From Tubiluchus corallicola (lineage: Eukaryota > Animalia > Priapulida), in assembly GCA_030141605.1 (NCBI GenBank), contig JAQGDQ010000509.1, positions 62,001 through 126,000 on the forward strand: a stretch of 64,000 bases of DNA, written 5' to 3'. The translations under genes were made by a program, and so were the position numbers. Numbering within the stretch: position 1 is the stretch's first letter; each line of letters begins with the position of its first letter. Of the stretch, positions 48,301-61,832 are shown one piece after another. The notes under the pieces were generated by a model. It worked only from the letters and a program-made list of their open reading frames with translations, was not told the DNA's origin and made no database searches.

Positions 48301-51300
48301 TTCAAACATGCATAATAATTATTAATTAGAACAAAAGATGCTACATTCAAAGCAACAAATAAAAATAATAAAAACACAAACAAGGCTTAGGAAGCAATAA
48401 CTTTGATTTGTTGTTACTTGTTTATATTAGCTGAGACCCAAAAGCTTGCACTACTTTGGAATGTGAGTGCAATTGACAATGAATGTAAGTGCTTTTTCGG
48501 CATTGCCATCATTACTATCACAGCTAGAAATGTTTCAGTTATTTAGATGCTGCTTACGTATCCATACTTCAATACATTTTCTGCTTTTTTATTACATTGT
48601 TCACCTCTTGTTCTGGCATTGCACATTCGCATTCACATAATGGTTCCACAGTGATTTTTAGATCTTCTTGAAAATCCCTGGGTTTAATACTAAATGTGAA
48701 TGGTTTGCCATCTGGTGGGCAATTTACTAGCGTAACACCAATGTCAAAATCGACCTGAAACATAATGTAGCAATTACTTAAAATGCTGAATGTAAATAAA
48801 TAACAGTAATTAAAAACTGCCAACTTTTGATGTGATGTTTATTGCTTCAGCACAGTGTCATGCAAGCCCTAGTGTTTTTTTATATTACCAATAATTTGTT
48901 TTTGAAAAATACTTTTAAAACTCATATTGTTTCTTATCAAGTCTTTTTCTGCATTGCGGTACTTAAAATTCGCCCAATAACATTAATGTCACTTAAGAAT
49001 AAAAATATGTCATTCTTAAAAATGTGCCACAAAAGGTGCCAGGAACACTGTTAGAAAAATGCTTCTAATTTAGAGACAAAAACTCAGGACTGTCTTAAGA
49101 GCATTATAGGACCCCGAGCAAAGCAGTCTACTAGGGCACCCTACTTACACAAAAACTAACAAGAATAAAAGTGTATATGGTCGATAAAAATAAACACATA
49201 TTTATTGTATTGGTACTATCAACACAAATGTTTGAGTAAAATAACGAGCCTTGAAAAACAGTATACATAGATTAGCAATAGGCCCCAGGGAGCTTAATTC
49301 TTGTGGTTCCCCCAGGCAACTGCACAGCATGTCCATGAGTTAAGATGGTTCTAGAAAAATTCACATCATATTTTAGGGAGATACATGAAAAGAGTAGCAG
49401 AAAAACAAGTGATTTCATTCATTAATGATACCACATAGCTTAAGAGGCATGCAGTCAATTCTACATTTACCATATAATTAAAAACTGTCTAATTTATTGT
49501 ATTACAAAGAGAAATCCAAATTCTGTACCTCATCTCCTACTTTTATTCCAGTGCAAGTTTTGAAGTCTATTTGATCTTTACATGTAACACTGTACTCTAG
49601 ATTCACATAATCACTCAGTGGTGGAGTCAAATCATCACCCATGCTTATAGACGAACTGATTTTCTAAAAAATACTCCAGAATTAGAATAAATGTAGACCA
49701 TGCGTACAACATACTACATGGCTAGGCAAGTTTACAAACTGTGTGGCCTTTTTGGAAATACATAAGTACCACCTGCAACTAACACATTTAAATTTTATGC
49801 TGAACATTAATTGTGCCCTCAATAAGTTGGGCTACAATGAAGCTAAAGCACCAAAACTAGTATACAATACTAATGAATAAAAGGATGAAATTTAATAATA
49901 ACTTTAGTACTGAAAATGATGCTGCATCATAAAAATTTGATTACTAAAAGACTAAAATTTTAAAGCTTCCTCCAACTATCATTTGTAAAGTTGGTTGCTC
50001 TCCTAATTGTCCTAAATATGCATACAACATTAAAAAAATCCTGTTGTATCACATAATCGTCCTGTATTTTATATGGTTGATAATGTTAATACAAAATATG
50101 TTATATTTCATTTGAAGCAACTGCATTAAACTACAGTATTTTTTAGTAAGCACAAATGAACTAAAACACACATAACAATTATTCTGGATGTGACACTTCT
50201 ATAGATATCTTTTTAAAAAACTTACACAAAATTACAGTTAGGTTTGCTACTTCCTGGAAAAATGTATTTTTTTTATTTTGATAGAGCAGTTCTTGTTATT
50301 CATTTCTTTGCGTTATACGTAACAGCATCACCCAGCGGAGAAAATAAAGGTTTTAGCTTTGACACAAACAGTCAATAAAAAAGAAATGCTGAAAAACTTC
50401 TGCTACTTTAATAGCAGACAAATATGGGAATAACTTGCATTGCTAAAAAGAATGTTTTTTAAGATCATCATAGAGTCCAAATCATCTCTGTTAGTTCTAT
50501 AAAAATTCTTAGGCAACACTAAACTCAGTGTGAACTGCTGAATTTATGAACTAGTACATAACTTTAAATATACCTCATAGTTTTCTCTGACAAGATCAAC
50601 AATGTTGGCTGAGTCATCTGCTAGGACTCCAACAGAAGAACCTTCAAATAGCTTGCTCAGATGTAGATATGTGTTATTGACACGCTCAGTCACAGCAAAT
50701 ATAATGTTCACCTTTTCTTCAGAAACTAGATTTATTAGCTGTCCTACCGATGGGTAATCCTAGGAAAAAATTATGCAGTTGCTATTATAACCAGACAACT
50801 CTGAGTCCGCGAAAGCTGGCAGTAGCCAATTCCATATTTGTACTAAACCTTTCTGAACACATGTCTAAAATGATAAATCAGGTAGATACCATATTATATA
50901 GTAATGAAAAAAATCAGTGTATATCCTTCATGCAGTTTCAATTAAGTAAACAGGCTTTATAAAAAGGTAAACCAAACAGTTGAAAAATGAGCAAGTAAAC
51001 TGCTTCGTTGTGGCTATGTTGCAAGAATACGTCAATGATATGAAAATAATAACATTCAATTCTTTATAGTGAAAACACAATGGCTGACCATAAGTCAATC
51101 TTTGTTTCCATCAGAAACAGTGTTGACTATGGCACATCAGTTACAGCTGCTACACAGATACCCGGAATCCTATTATTTCTTTGCAAGCAACATATTTTTT
51201 TTAAGTAAATCATAATTTACGACGACAAATTATTATACTGGGACTTGCTGCTTAAAACTAGGTAAAAAGGAGGTCATATATTGTAACTAGTCCCTGCAAT

Positions 51301-54300
51301 TGAAAAAAAGCTGTCATTTTTCAAATCCCATACAATAGGTTCACAAACAAAGTGTCATTCTTACAAATGGCAACCCTAAATTCCACAAATTTTTTTTTAT
51401 TCACCTGTTCCAAGTAAGCAGTATATTCTCCATTCTCCATGTGGCATCTGCCGTCATTTGGTTTAACTATCCCGCCCAGTTTACCATCACCAGCAATATG
51501 AAAAGAGGCGTCTGTAGAAAACACTACTAGGTGGCGAGCATTTGCTCTCCATCCGATCTCACCCTTTGCAAAATAAGTACCATAATGAAAAGCTGATAGT
51601 TTTTAATTAGGTTACAAAATATCTAATTTTTTATGTAAATAATTTTGATATTTTACAGTACAGTAAAATTTGCTTAATAAATCCATAGATAATAAATCGT
51701 ATTAAGCTGATATTAAAGGTATACATTGCATTTAGTCTTGTAAACAGCTTATCACATATAAATGGTAATGGCATCACAGAAAGACAATACATATTATGTC
51801 ACTTATAAATTAATACATTAAACTTTAAAACTTTTGCAAGCAGTTTGCGGAGTATTGGCCTCATAAATAAACAATATACGGTGTGATAACATAGAAAATA
51901 CTACTACTAAATCTATCCGCTTAATAAATCCATTTAGCTTCAGATCAAGGTGGATTTATTGAGCGGAGTATACTGTATCATGTAAAGAGTTATAATATTT
52001 TACAACTAGTGTAGTGCGTTTAACATGCAAAAATTTGCTGTATAACCAAGCAAAAAATATGAAGGGGATATGATTTCAGTTGATTCGTTATTATTTCTAC
52101 CATTTAAAGCAAGATTACAATAATTATATTTAAGTACATATGACACCAAGCTTTTAGAAAAATTCAATAAGCCTATGAAAGTAATACTGTAAATATGTTC
52201 AAAAAACAAGGAACAACTTACAATGCATAAAAGCTTTGATTAGCACACTCGTTTTACTAATATACAATTACATCAGACTATATAGTGTTTACTAGTGACG
52301 GGAAATTGTTTTTCTCTCTAAATCAATTAATCAGACGATTTTTTTTACCAATTTGAGAATCGATCTGAAAGTGGATTTTTCAAGATTTATTAATCCAATT
52401 AACTAAATGTAGTTGTTCATACGTGTTAGAGTCAAGTTCATGTGAAAAAACTGTTTTCCAATACAGTAAGACCTCACTTAGCGATGCTAATGCATTCCAG
52501 CAAAACATGACGTTAAGCGAAACATCGTAAAATGAAGCCAAGGCTTCCATAGAAAGTAATGTAAAAGAATTGAGATACGTTCCAGAGGCAAAAATAAATG
52601 ATGTTCAGATCATATAACTTAAATATTTTATGGGTTTTATCATATCTCTACTGACTAATTTCTTTCTGCTTGTCTGAAACCTATATATCTTACTTACCAT
52701 CACCAAGCTATAGCGGTTTCTCTTTCATTAGTGCTTAAGCATAGACAGCAGTTAAACAATAAACATTGCACAGTCAAAGTAAAGGCCTGGGTGACCTTGG
52801 AAATTCTATGTAGATACTTGGTCTGGTTCTGTAGCAACAGGTTGCAAGCATAAAGTTTGCTCGCAGGTCTTACTTGCTATAAACGGCTAGCATTTAGTCA
52901 AACGGAAGCAAAAACATATATAATAATTACAACTGTTCTGAATAATTTATAGAACAGAATAAAGCAATATGTACTGTTTCAATGCATCAAATTAGATAAA
53001 AATGTTGTTGATGAAATAAAAAATTGCCTTGAACAAAGTAAAAAAAATCGGCTTTAAAGTGAAACATGCATTGTTAAGTGAAAAAAGGTGTCAAAAAGTC
53101 AGCGTCATTAAAATGAAAAATCCCTGATCGGGGAGTCGTTAAGCGATGACTTACTGTACGAGTGAATTTTGCGCAAAACCAAATTAATCACAGGTACATT
53201 TAGGCAAAAATCAGAATCATCACCATGCAACTCACATTCTCGGCACACGACACTTAGGTTACGAATTAGAAGGGTGTCATCCATATCAGCCGCACATTCG
53301 TCTTCCATAGAAGCCATGCAGATTGTTTTATCCTACTATTACTAATTTGATGAAGAAGCTAAATTCCTTAAAAAACTTTTCTTGGAATTTTTTGTGCAAT
53401 ATTTATTCGATTTCATAATTTCATACTCGTTTCTCGAAATCCTGAGCTTTCATCGAATCGTCTCATCATTTGTGTTTACTAAACTTAACCTCTGAGGCGG
53501 TACTTCATCATGTAACATTTTCAAACAGAGGTAAATCAGAGCTTAAAAAATTCATAGATCCTATCTACAAATTAGTTGTTACTGACACAAAACTCACAGC
53601 TCACAACCACTCATAGAAATTTGCATTTTGCAACGTTGTTGTTATAAAGAAATTGGATAGAAACACAGGATTTGAATACTTCCAGGGTGTTTGGAGCACC
53701 TTCTTCACTCCTAAAACAAGCTTCCTGTACACTTACGTGACAAACGATTGTTTGCACTAATGCATCCATACCACCTTCAGGAGAATCCAAGTTACCAGAA
53801 GTTTTCGTTTCGTCCACTTTTTTCTATAAGAGATCAATTACAATTAGTGACACGATTATTCACTCTTAAAAAGAAAAGTGCACAAAACACAAGGCGGAAC
53901 TAAAACATTGCTCAAGTTAGTTGCTACAATAATTTTTCCAATACTGTAACTTAACAAGCAATGCAAAAATTTTTAAACCACATTTACACGTTTAAGAATC
54001 ATTGCAAAGTTATCAAAAAGTCACTAAATGTACAGTACTTAAGATGCATTATTTTCTATAATTTACAATAGTCATGATTATTTTTATTATTATTATCTAT
54101 GAGCTGACGATGATATCATCTAAAAATAGGCAGCTACCGAAATTCTTTATACATGCATACATGCACACATGATTTAGGGGCTATAGTTTTCTACAAGTGA
54201 GTTTGCTAACCATAATACCATAATACCAGCAAATAAGAGATTGTATTTAATTAGTTTGTTATGCGTATTCATTGCATACAAGCATTAGACACATTGGGAT

Positions 54301-57300
54301 GGGATCAGCCTTGTGCTAATAATAATAAGGCTAGTCTTCTTAGTTTTTTCTTTTTATGTGAACCAGGCTTTGAAATTACCACAGAAGAGTTTTGCAAACT
54401 AAAGAAAGTTATTTGGAATGTAGATAATGAGTATAGAAAGCTCTGGTATTGCACAGAAAATTAAGTTGACCACCCAGCTTTGCAAACTGCACAAGGGCAA
54501 ATTATAAAACAATCAAAATAAGAAAACACTTTAAAGACATACTTACAGCAAATAGATCAGTTTTATCAGTGAGTGGCAAGTGATTTTTAAATGAATATGG
54601 AGGCACACATTCTCTGTCATTTGTTGGACAACAAGGGCACTCAAGCTTCTCAGGGACTTCGCTAACGTATGGTGCAGTAACTTTGTCGATAAATGAACCA
54701 AATCCAAGCTTGAAGTTTTTTGTAATCTTGCTCATTGTATCAGCTACATAAAAATGCACTTTTATTAAATGGAAGTAACTAGAAAAATTGCTACTGTAAT
54801 TTATTCCTTACTTGAGTAAATAGATATATTACTTTAATGGTGCATTACAAAAAATGTACAGCTTACTAGTACCATGCTCATTACATAGTAAATTTTCACA
54901 ACTTACTCTCAGTTGTCTAACTTTCTGCTCAGGGCATAATCTTACCTTTGACCCCCTCTACATACTGATTAAAAAATCAAACCAAATCAATTTGAGTAAA
55001 TACGTAAGTTTTTGAAAATAAATTATACATTAGCCTCTGAATTTATGAAAATGACGATTATATGATAATTGTTAAATTAGGGTTTCGTTCTTAATCTTGT
55101 TTATGATTCAATTGTAACTTCAGACAAAACTTATGTAATAACAAGTACTGCATTAATTGCTTTGTCAAAGCAAGTTTGACAAACCATTCTTAGAAGTCTG
55201 GAAGGACTAACTGAACTCGAGGACGTTGGTCAAAAACTTGACTCTGTCAATACATGTGAAAGTGTACATTCGTTTGCAGGTTTATGTTTCAGTTTCTTTT
55301 TTTTAGAAAATGTCAATGCAGCCATGTTGAATTCACAAACTTGCACAAAAAACCAAATGAGGTATTCAGCTTTGCTAGTTGTACAAAAGCAAATTACAGA
55401 TAAAATAAACAATCTTATAATTCAAGATGGTAGATCAAAAATCCAACTTCACAAGCCGACGCAAAATTTGTTCAGTTTGTCAATTAGCAGAGCCTACAGC
55501 CCTTTTCGAAAATAATTTTAATCCGAAATGATCTGGAGCTCAAAATGGCAGATAGAAAACTCAACTATGTCAATTGATGCAGAATTCATTCGAGTGCATT
55601 CTTACAACGTTTCATAACAATCAACTGTGGATTCACATAACTTTAGATTTTTTTCGAAAATGATATTATCGCTGCCATCTTGAACAACAAGAATAACATC
55701 CAGATCAGTAGCAATTTGGGTCGAGTCCTCGATAAATAGACATCTATGAATATACAGTACATGACCGCTGACACAACAGTAACACCTCAATAAAATGTTA
55801 TTTGAAAAACAGTTACTTAGTGTTCATACTAATATATATATATATTAGTATACATACTAAACATTGTCACTTTTTACGTAAAATAATCACATTTAGATTT
55901 AAGATCCATTTAGAAGGCAAAGCAAAGAACCATCTCTTTTGTTCTAATGCAAGCACTTCTAATTGGCTTCCGAGAAAAATGAAGTGCCCTAAGAGCATTT
56001 ACCGAGTTGACAGTCCCATACAGCCTTGAAAATTACTGCCCCGTGCATAGAAGAAGATTTCTTTTGATTGGGCACTTACAGCAATAAACTCACGCTGGTG
56101 CGAAAAGATCAGCTAGAATGGTTAGGTCTTTAATATTTGCAACTTAAATCTTGTGTGTATAATACTGATTTGCAATTTCATTCAACAAAACACTGTAAAG
56201 GAAAGCCCCAATACTATAAGTAACAGCCTAAAATATGAATATAATAAAACTACGAAACAGTCATAACATTAAAATCAACAAATCAGCTGATAAAATTTGA
56301 TAAAACTATCAAGAAACATAGCTAATTTATTCACCAAGTTTTTGACCTAATGCTCCGAGTTTCTTTTTATCATCATACATCGAATTTGATAAATCCATCA
56401 GATAATAAAGATCCACAGGATAATCCTCTGCTTGCTTGTACTTCACTTTAACATTTATTGTGTCACCTGAAAATAGTGCCAGCAGTTCTCAGATAAAAAT
56501 AATGAAAATTTATACATATTCACTGTACCACACATTGGAAAATGTGTACAAAATCTGCTTTTTATATTAACAAGTAAAAATCAAGCAGAAAGTGACAAAT
56601 GCGTGAAATTTATAGAAATATATTTTTAATTATGATCCATACCAGATTTTCACTTTTCCAACAATGAAAAATTTATAGCCGTCATAATGTTGTACTACTA
56701 GTTTGCCTAATGTTACAAACAAAGAAGCACACAGACACTAATTTATATAAACAGTCCTAAGATAACTAAGACTTAAAAATACATGCAATACCGCATATTG
56801 ATGAAACTGCCGTGAAAATATCTTTAAATCCTGGTACCTCTCCGTATTTTCAACAACATCTCTTGCGGATATATTTGTACAGCTTCTTCATTTGGTCCAA
56901 CTGATCCTTCAGTGAGGTTTATCGCTTTTGTAACAGTGTTGTTCGATTGAGGAAATATAATATTTGTGTCATTGCAACCATTGCGTTGCAAGTTAATCAC
57001 AAGGTCACACCTACTCCTGCCTTCAACTTCGTAGCCCTGAAACAAACATTTCAATAAACTACATTATGACAAAATGAACACAGTTACTTTATGAAATACG
57101 GGTTGAAAAACATAAACATTAAGTGAGTGCTCTTGCTAAGAGTTTTTAATACGTTTACTTAATTATCTTTACTTATAAATAACAGCAAAAAATGTCTCTC
57201 GGTTTACTTTCCGAATGTTCCAAGGAGCGGCCTAAATGAATGATCTGAGACATCACGATGTCATGCCATAAGCTATTGAACTTAAAAAAAGTATACAATT

Positions 57301-57589
57301 AAACATAACTGAGAATACAAGGCTGTCTCTTTTATATTCAATTAGTTGTCTGTAATGAATAATTTTAGCTTTATATTTGTATTGGACAAAAAAAAAATTA
57401 CTTATGCCTTGACTGCAGCTACATAAGAAGGCAGATGCTTATATTGACAGAAGAGCACTCTGAACGATAACGACACCAAATCATACCTGTACAATAATGT
57501 AGGGAGCATATTGCAGTTTCTTTGTAGAGAAAGACAGAGGGAGAGAGGGACAGGGACAGGGACAGAGAAGAGAAGAGAGAGAAGAGAGA

Positions 57590-57623
<34 letters not shown>

Positions 57624-57818
57624 TGAGAGAGAAGGAAAGGCAGAATGTCAACAGACACATACTTGTTGCGTACACCAGGCACATGACGGGTAAGTTCCAG
57701 AGATGCACTCTGTGCAACTATTAGATAATGCAGCACAATCTCCAATTACCTCCACTACCTGTTGTGGTTGTGCCAACTTACACAAGCATGACAGCATACA
57801 AATTATGAAAGTCTTTAC
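42330..57818 (-). CDS. Integrin beta subunit (beta-1/betaPS-like); start codon unresolved
   Basis: Exons (minus): about 57818-57663 (PSI, CAWC), 57036-56838, 56466-56335 ([20 protein letters not shown]), 54743-54547 (GFGSFIDK), 53823-53737 ([10 protein letters not shown]), 51563-51405 (IGWR...[10 protein letters not shown]), 50759-50574 (DYPS), 49663-49529, 48754-48605, 48150-48011, 47551-47479, 47303-47222, 46947-46838, 46054-45944, 45155-45026, 44280-44190, 43897-43714 ([20 protein letters not shown]), 42392-42330 (GENPLYK...NPTYGD*). Confidence 0.96.
42603..43130. repeat. Near-perfect tandem repeat, 132-bp unit x4, in the last integrin intron
   Basis: Units start at 42603, 42735, 42867 and 42999 (gagttcattagaactaactgtaatagtagaggaatttt...). 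Confidence 0.97.
45489..45710. mobile_element. Possible MITE bounded by an 11-bp inverted repeat
   Basis: taatgcacagt (45489-45499) and actgtgcatta (45700-45710) bound a GC-richer insert. Confidence 0.3.
49085..49353. mobile_element. hAT-like MITE
   Basis: Termini caggactgtcttaa / ttaagatggttcta. Flanks caaaaact / gaaaaatt may be a decayed 8-bp TSD. Internal g(g)cccc motifs. Confidence 0.6.
51661..51975. mobile_element. Tigger/pogo-like MITE
   Basis: TA|cagtaaaatttgcttaataaatcca ... tggatttattgagcggagtatactg|TA. Confidence 0.75.
52464..53156. mobile_element. Tigger/pogo-like MITE
   Basis: TA|cagtaagacctcacttagcga ... tcgttaagcgatgacttactg|TA, with subterminal cgttaagcgaa/ttaagtgaa repeats. 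Confidence 0.75.
57526..57640. repeat. Compound (GA)n-type microsatellite
   Basis: gggaca x3, gagaa repeats and a (ga)n run next to the donor of the integrin PSI exon. Confidence 0.95.
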
Positions 57819-59644
57819 CTGCAAGAACCTTTTTAAATTATGAAAGCATGCTTCTTTCAGACTTTGTCAGATGTTCTAAATAAAGCAACTCTTCAGTACA
57901 AACAATGTATAATGTACAAAAACACAAATAAGATAACCACCAATACTGAACAACAACTCAATTAATAACAAAATTATATACCATAATTTCACTCGATAAT
58001 GAGGACCAGTTTTCTCGTTGCGACACTTTGATTTGCTATTGTAATTGGAAGTCTTCTTGCACCTCAAAGCCGTGCTTCCCGGGATTGATTTTAATTACAT
58101 TACCTGTTTACAGATAACACAAGTACAAAAAGCAAAAACAGTAAAATAATCAAACCAGTTTTACTGCTAACCTTGTAAAATTTTCAAAATTCAAAAAGTG
58201 CAGAACATGTTTGACAACGTATTTTTCAATAAATTCGTGACTTTTGACCAACATCAACATTTTCTATAAGCTATAGTCATATTATAATTTTCTAATATTT
58301 TTAATTGCAAGAATTAATTCCAGTAAAACCATGTACAGGTATACTACTTCATTTGCACCTATTTGCAGACAACTGACGGCACAATAAAGAATTAAAGGTG
58401 ATAAATTATTATGAAATTATGGTATAATGAACAATAAATTGAGACAGATGTATCTTTCTAGTAAGTTTAATTATTCAAGTTATATACGGTAAAAAAATTC
58501 AGACTTTTGCCAAAAAAAGGTTAGCTCACTTGGTATATGCAGCACATCTTTAGAGCTGTTTTTTCATGTCAGCAGCAAAGCCAAAAAGGTAACCGTTGAA
58601 TATTCTGTATATTCAAATATATTCTGTATTGGTTTTTTATCTGCAAAAATCCCCGATGAAGCAAATTTAACTAAGTAAGAGCGGCAAAAAGCAGACTACA
58701 AAAATGTCAGCGATACCTACCATCAAATACAATAGCCTGTCTTAAAAAGTTGCAATGATTTTAGTACAAGTTTGCCAAGTTTAACCGTATAAACTTAAGT
58801 TTTCAAGCTATGCAATTAGTGAAAATCAAAGAATAACATACTTTTCCATGTTATCGGTTCACAATAGCAAGTACAAGACACAGCAGCAAATACACACCAG
58901 ATTAACACAGGATTTCCTTTTCCTGCCTAATTACTCAGCCAAAAATTTATTAAAAGGGAAAATCAGTTATGTGATATGGCACAAGCAAACAGGAAACAAG
59001 CAAAACAGTAGTAATAAGCTGCCTTACAAGCACAAAATCGAGATGTGATCAATTACAACACTAGAAGAAGAACACTATTGTAACTACATCTTATGAATCA
59101 TGGAAGTACATAAACATAAATAAAATTTAATATCACTTTGTTTCACAGAAATTTTCAAATAAAATTTCTGATGTGCCAATAAATATAATAAAAATTGCAT
59201 CGCCAGCCATCGCCAAGCACCTATTATACATAGTTAATTAAAAGCTACTTAGGTCATGATTCCTTGACATGTGTTAAGAAAGCTCATGTAACTCCAGTAC
59301 ACAAAAAAAAACGACAAAAAATCCACAAAATTAACGACCAATTTCTATTGTTCATTGTTTTGCCAAAATATTAGAAAAAGTAATGTATGAGCAAGACATT
59401 CGACAGCCTTGACCCTACTTTTTCAAAAGTTAAAACAAATTGGATTTGACAACTGTGGAGAAACTTAATAAATAACTATCTAACAAACCACTCTCAACAA
59501 GTAAAGTTAAATCACAAATGGGGTAGCTGATTCGGTAACATCATGTTTTTTGTCACCCCCTCCCATTTTGATGGTTTATACTTGTATACAGACATGTTTG
59601 TTTTTATATCAGGGTTAAATAAATTTGATCTGATTTGACAAATA

Positions 59645-60640
59645 TTTATCCACATGGGGTACCATAAAAAGAGCAGTACCTTCAAGGTACAACATTAGGG
59701 CCACTGTTATTTATGATATAATGCTAATGATATGGATAAAGCTTAATAAAAAAGTAATATAATACAGTATGCAGATGATACAAGTCTGTGCATCTCTAAT
59801 ATAAAATTAGATGATGCTGTTTCAAATTTAGAATATGATCTTGTGAGAATCAAATTAGCATTTAATTATCACAAACCAACAATGAATGAGACAAAAACAG
59901 AATTTACGGTAATTACATCCCAGTGATATTACCACATCCCAGTGATAATAACACATCTACAAAGGCAATCCATATAAATGGACACATAATAAAACAGTCA
60001 AAGTAAACAAAACAAAATTTCTAGGGATAATTGTAGATAATAACTTAAAATGGGACAAACAGACAAAACAGTTAGATAATGGGCATCAAAAATGTCAGCC
60101 GGCATAAGTTTCTTCAGACAGATTAGAGGACAGCTCAAAGAAAAAAATTAAATTATTAATCTATAAAACAATTGTTTTACCTCATTACACATATGGATGC
60201 TTGCTTTACAACTACGCTTATTGTAGTTGGCCTATTCTATAGACAAAATCAACATCTTACAAAACTATGCTTTCCGTTTAGTCAGAGGATTCCACTCTAG
60301 AAAAGCACATGAAAAACCAAAGCCTGAACATTCCAACAAATCAATTAAAACATTATTAAACATGCCTGTAATTGAGTCACACACTTAATATACTTCTATA
60401 AATATATAATTAATATAAGTGTGTTATTCAAAAATCAAAATTTACCTTTAATGCCCAAACTTAACAAGAACAGCAGAACATTCAAATAAGAAAACAAATG
60501 TGGACATGAAAGCATTGCAACAGCAATTAACCTATGGAACAAACAAGACATAAATACTAAATCTGCTCCCACATTATATAATTATAAAAGAGCATTAAAA
60601 CAAACTGTCATGACCAAATATGAAAAAAACTATTAAACAA
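59645..60640 (+). mobile_element. Degraded, 5'-truncated LINE closely related to the intact element at 37037-41665
   Basis: Frameshifted RT: TWGTIKRAV-QGTTLGPLLF, IQYADDTSL, KFLGIIVDNNLKWDKQ, KMSAGISFFRQIRGQL, LLIYKTIVLPHYTYGC, LQNYAFRLVRG. Each parallels the intact ORF2. Confidence 0.9.
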
Positions 60641-60872
60641 GATCAGTTAGTTCAAAGCAACCAACTCTACATTTATTCAAAACCGTGAAAAACTAATGTC
60701 AGTACTGGCAATTATAAAATAGCATTGATGATTGTTAATAAAGATTATACTGATGATTGACTGTCTTATATGAACTGCATTGTTTGTAAGCCTATAGTAT
60801 TCAACTATATTGTATTATAATGTATTATTTTAACTTATTGCTTTGTATTGAATAGAAAAACGACCACACAAA

Positions 60873-61099
60873 ATGATTGTGATTCTCATGTTTTCTCTAT
60901 TGTAAAAAACTCCCAAAAGCAGCTTATGATTGTGAATCTCATGTTTTCTCCATTGTAAAAAAAAACTCCCGAAAGCAGCTTATGATTGTGATTCTCATGT
61001 TTTCTCTATTGTAAAAAAACTCCTGAAAGCAGCTTATGATTGTGATTCTAATGTTTTCTATATTGTAAAAAGCTCCCAAAAGGAGCTCAATCAATCAAT
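60873..61099. repeat. Tandem repeat, about 54-bp unit x4, followed by a short (TCAA)n tract
   Basis: atgattgtgattctcatgttttctctattgtaaaaaactcccaaaagcagctt repeated four times with variable A-run length. Confidence 0.95.
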
Positions 61100-61691
61100 G
61101 ATTTTTATTTGTATTGTGATGATTTAATTAGTTAGCTTTTTAGTCTCAAATGATTAGTTTTTGTTTGATTTGTTCTAAGGTACTATCAAAACCTTTGCTT
61201 AGTAACTTTACATGCTACTTTAAAACGCTATTGCCAAATAACAGTTTTTTACATGTGGTAAATTACTGGCATGTTAACTGGCAAGATCACTGCTTTATCA
61301 GAGGGAAAAATTTTGTAAAAAGTGGATGTTTGACTGAGATCCCTCAGAATTAATAATTTAACAAACAAAGTGAAAAAAACAAAAAAAGCAAAGGAGAACA
61401 CCAAAAAATTTATTTGCACTGTTTCTGTAAAACATTAGAGACATTACAGAATTTAAAAATGCTAATTTATTATTTTTCATTGATCAATATTACTTAATAA
61501 TTGAGTTAATCCTTTATTATAACTGACAAAATAGTTTTACACAGGTAACAGAGGGAATCCATATTATAACATATAAATGTCCTTTATTCACTCAGACATG
61601 AACAATAATCTATTTTGTTTGAAATAGCAGACTTTTTAACTCGTGGAGGTGCTAGTTTAGAAAATTTTTTAAAATGTTTTTATATTGTGTA

Positions 61692-61730
61692 ACACACACA
61701 CACGCACACACACGCGCACACACACACACA
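61692..61730. repeat. (CA)n microsatellite
   Basis: acacacacacacgcacacacacgcgcacacacacacaca. Confidence 0.9.
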
Positions 61731-61832
61731 TAGATATATATACTAGTCAATAAATGTTTTAAGAAGATTTTCCTCACTTTCTTAATTTCACCTTAATTTT
61801 ATGTGCGTGAAAACCAATGCTCATTGCAAAAT

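Noticed and set aside
57419-57745. ORFs with SLSLSL / ERERER runs
   Set aside because: Translations of the (GA)n microsatellite overlapping an integrin exon.
60873-61099. Tandem arrays (also 42603-43130 and 15593-16108) as CRISPR-like loci
   Set aside because: Head-to-tail repeats with no unique spacers, no cas genes, and a eukaryotic context.
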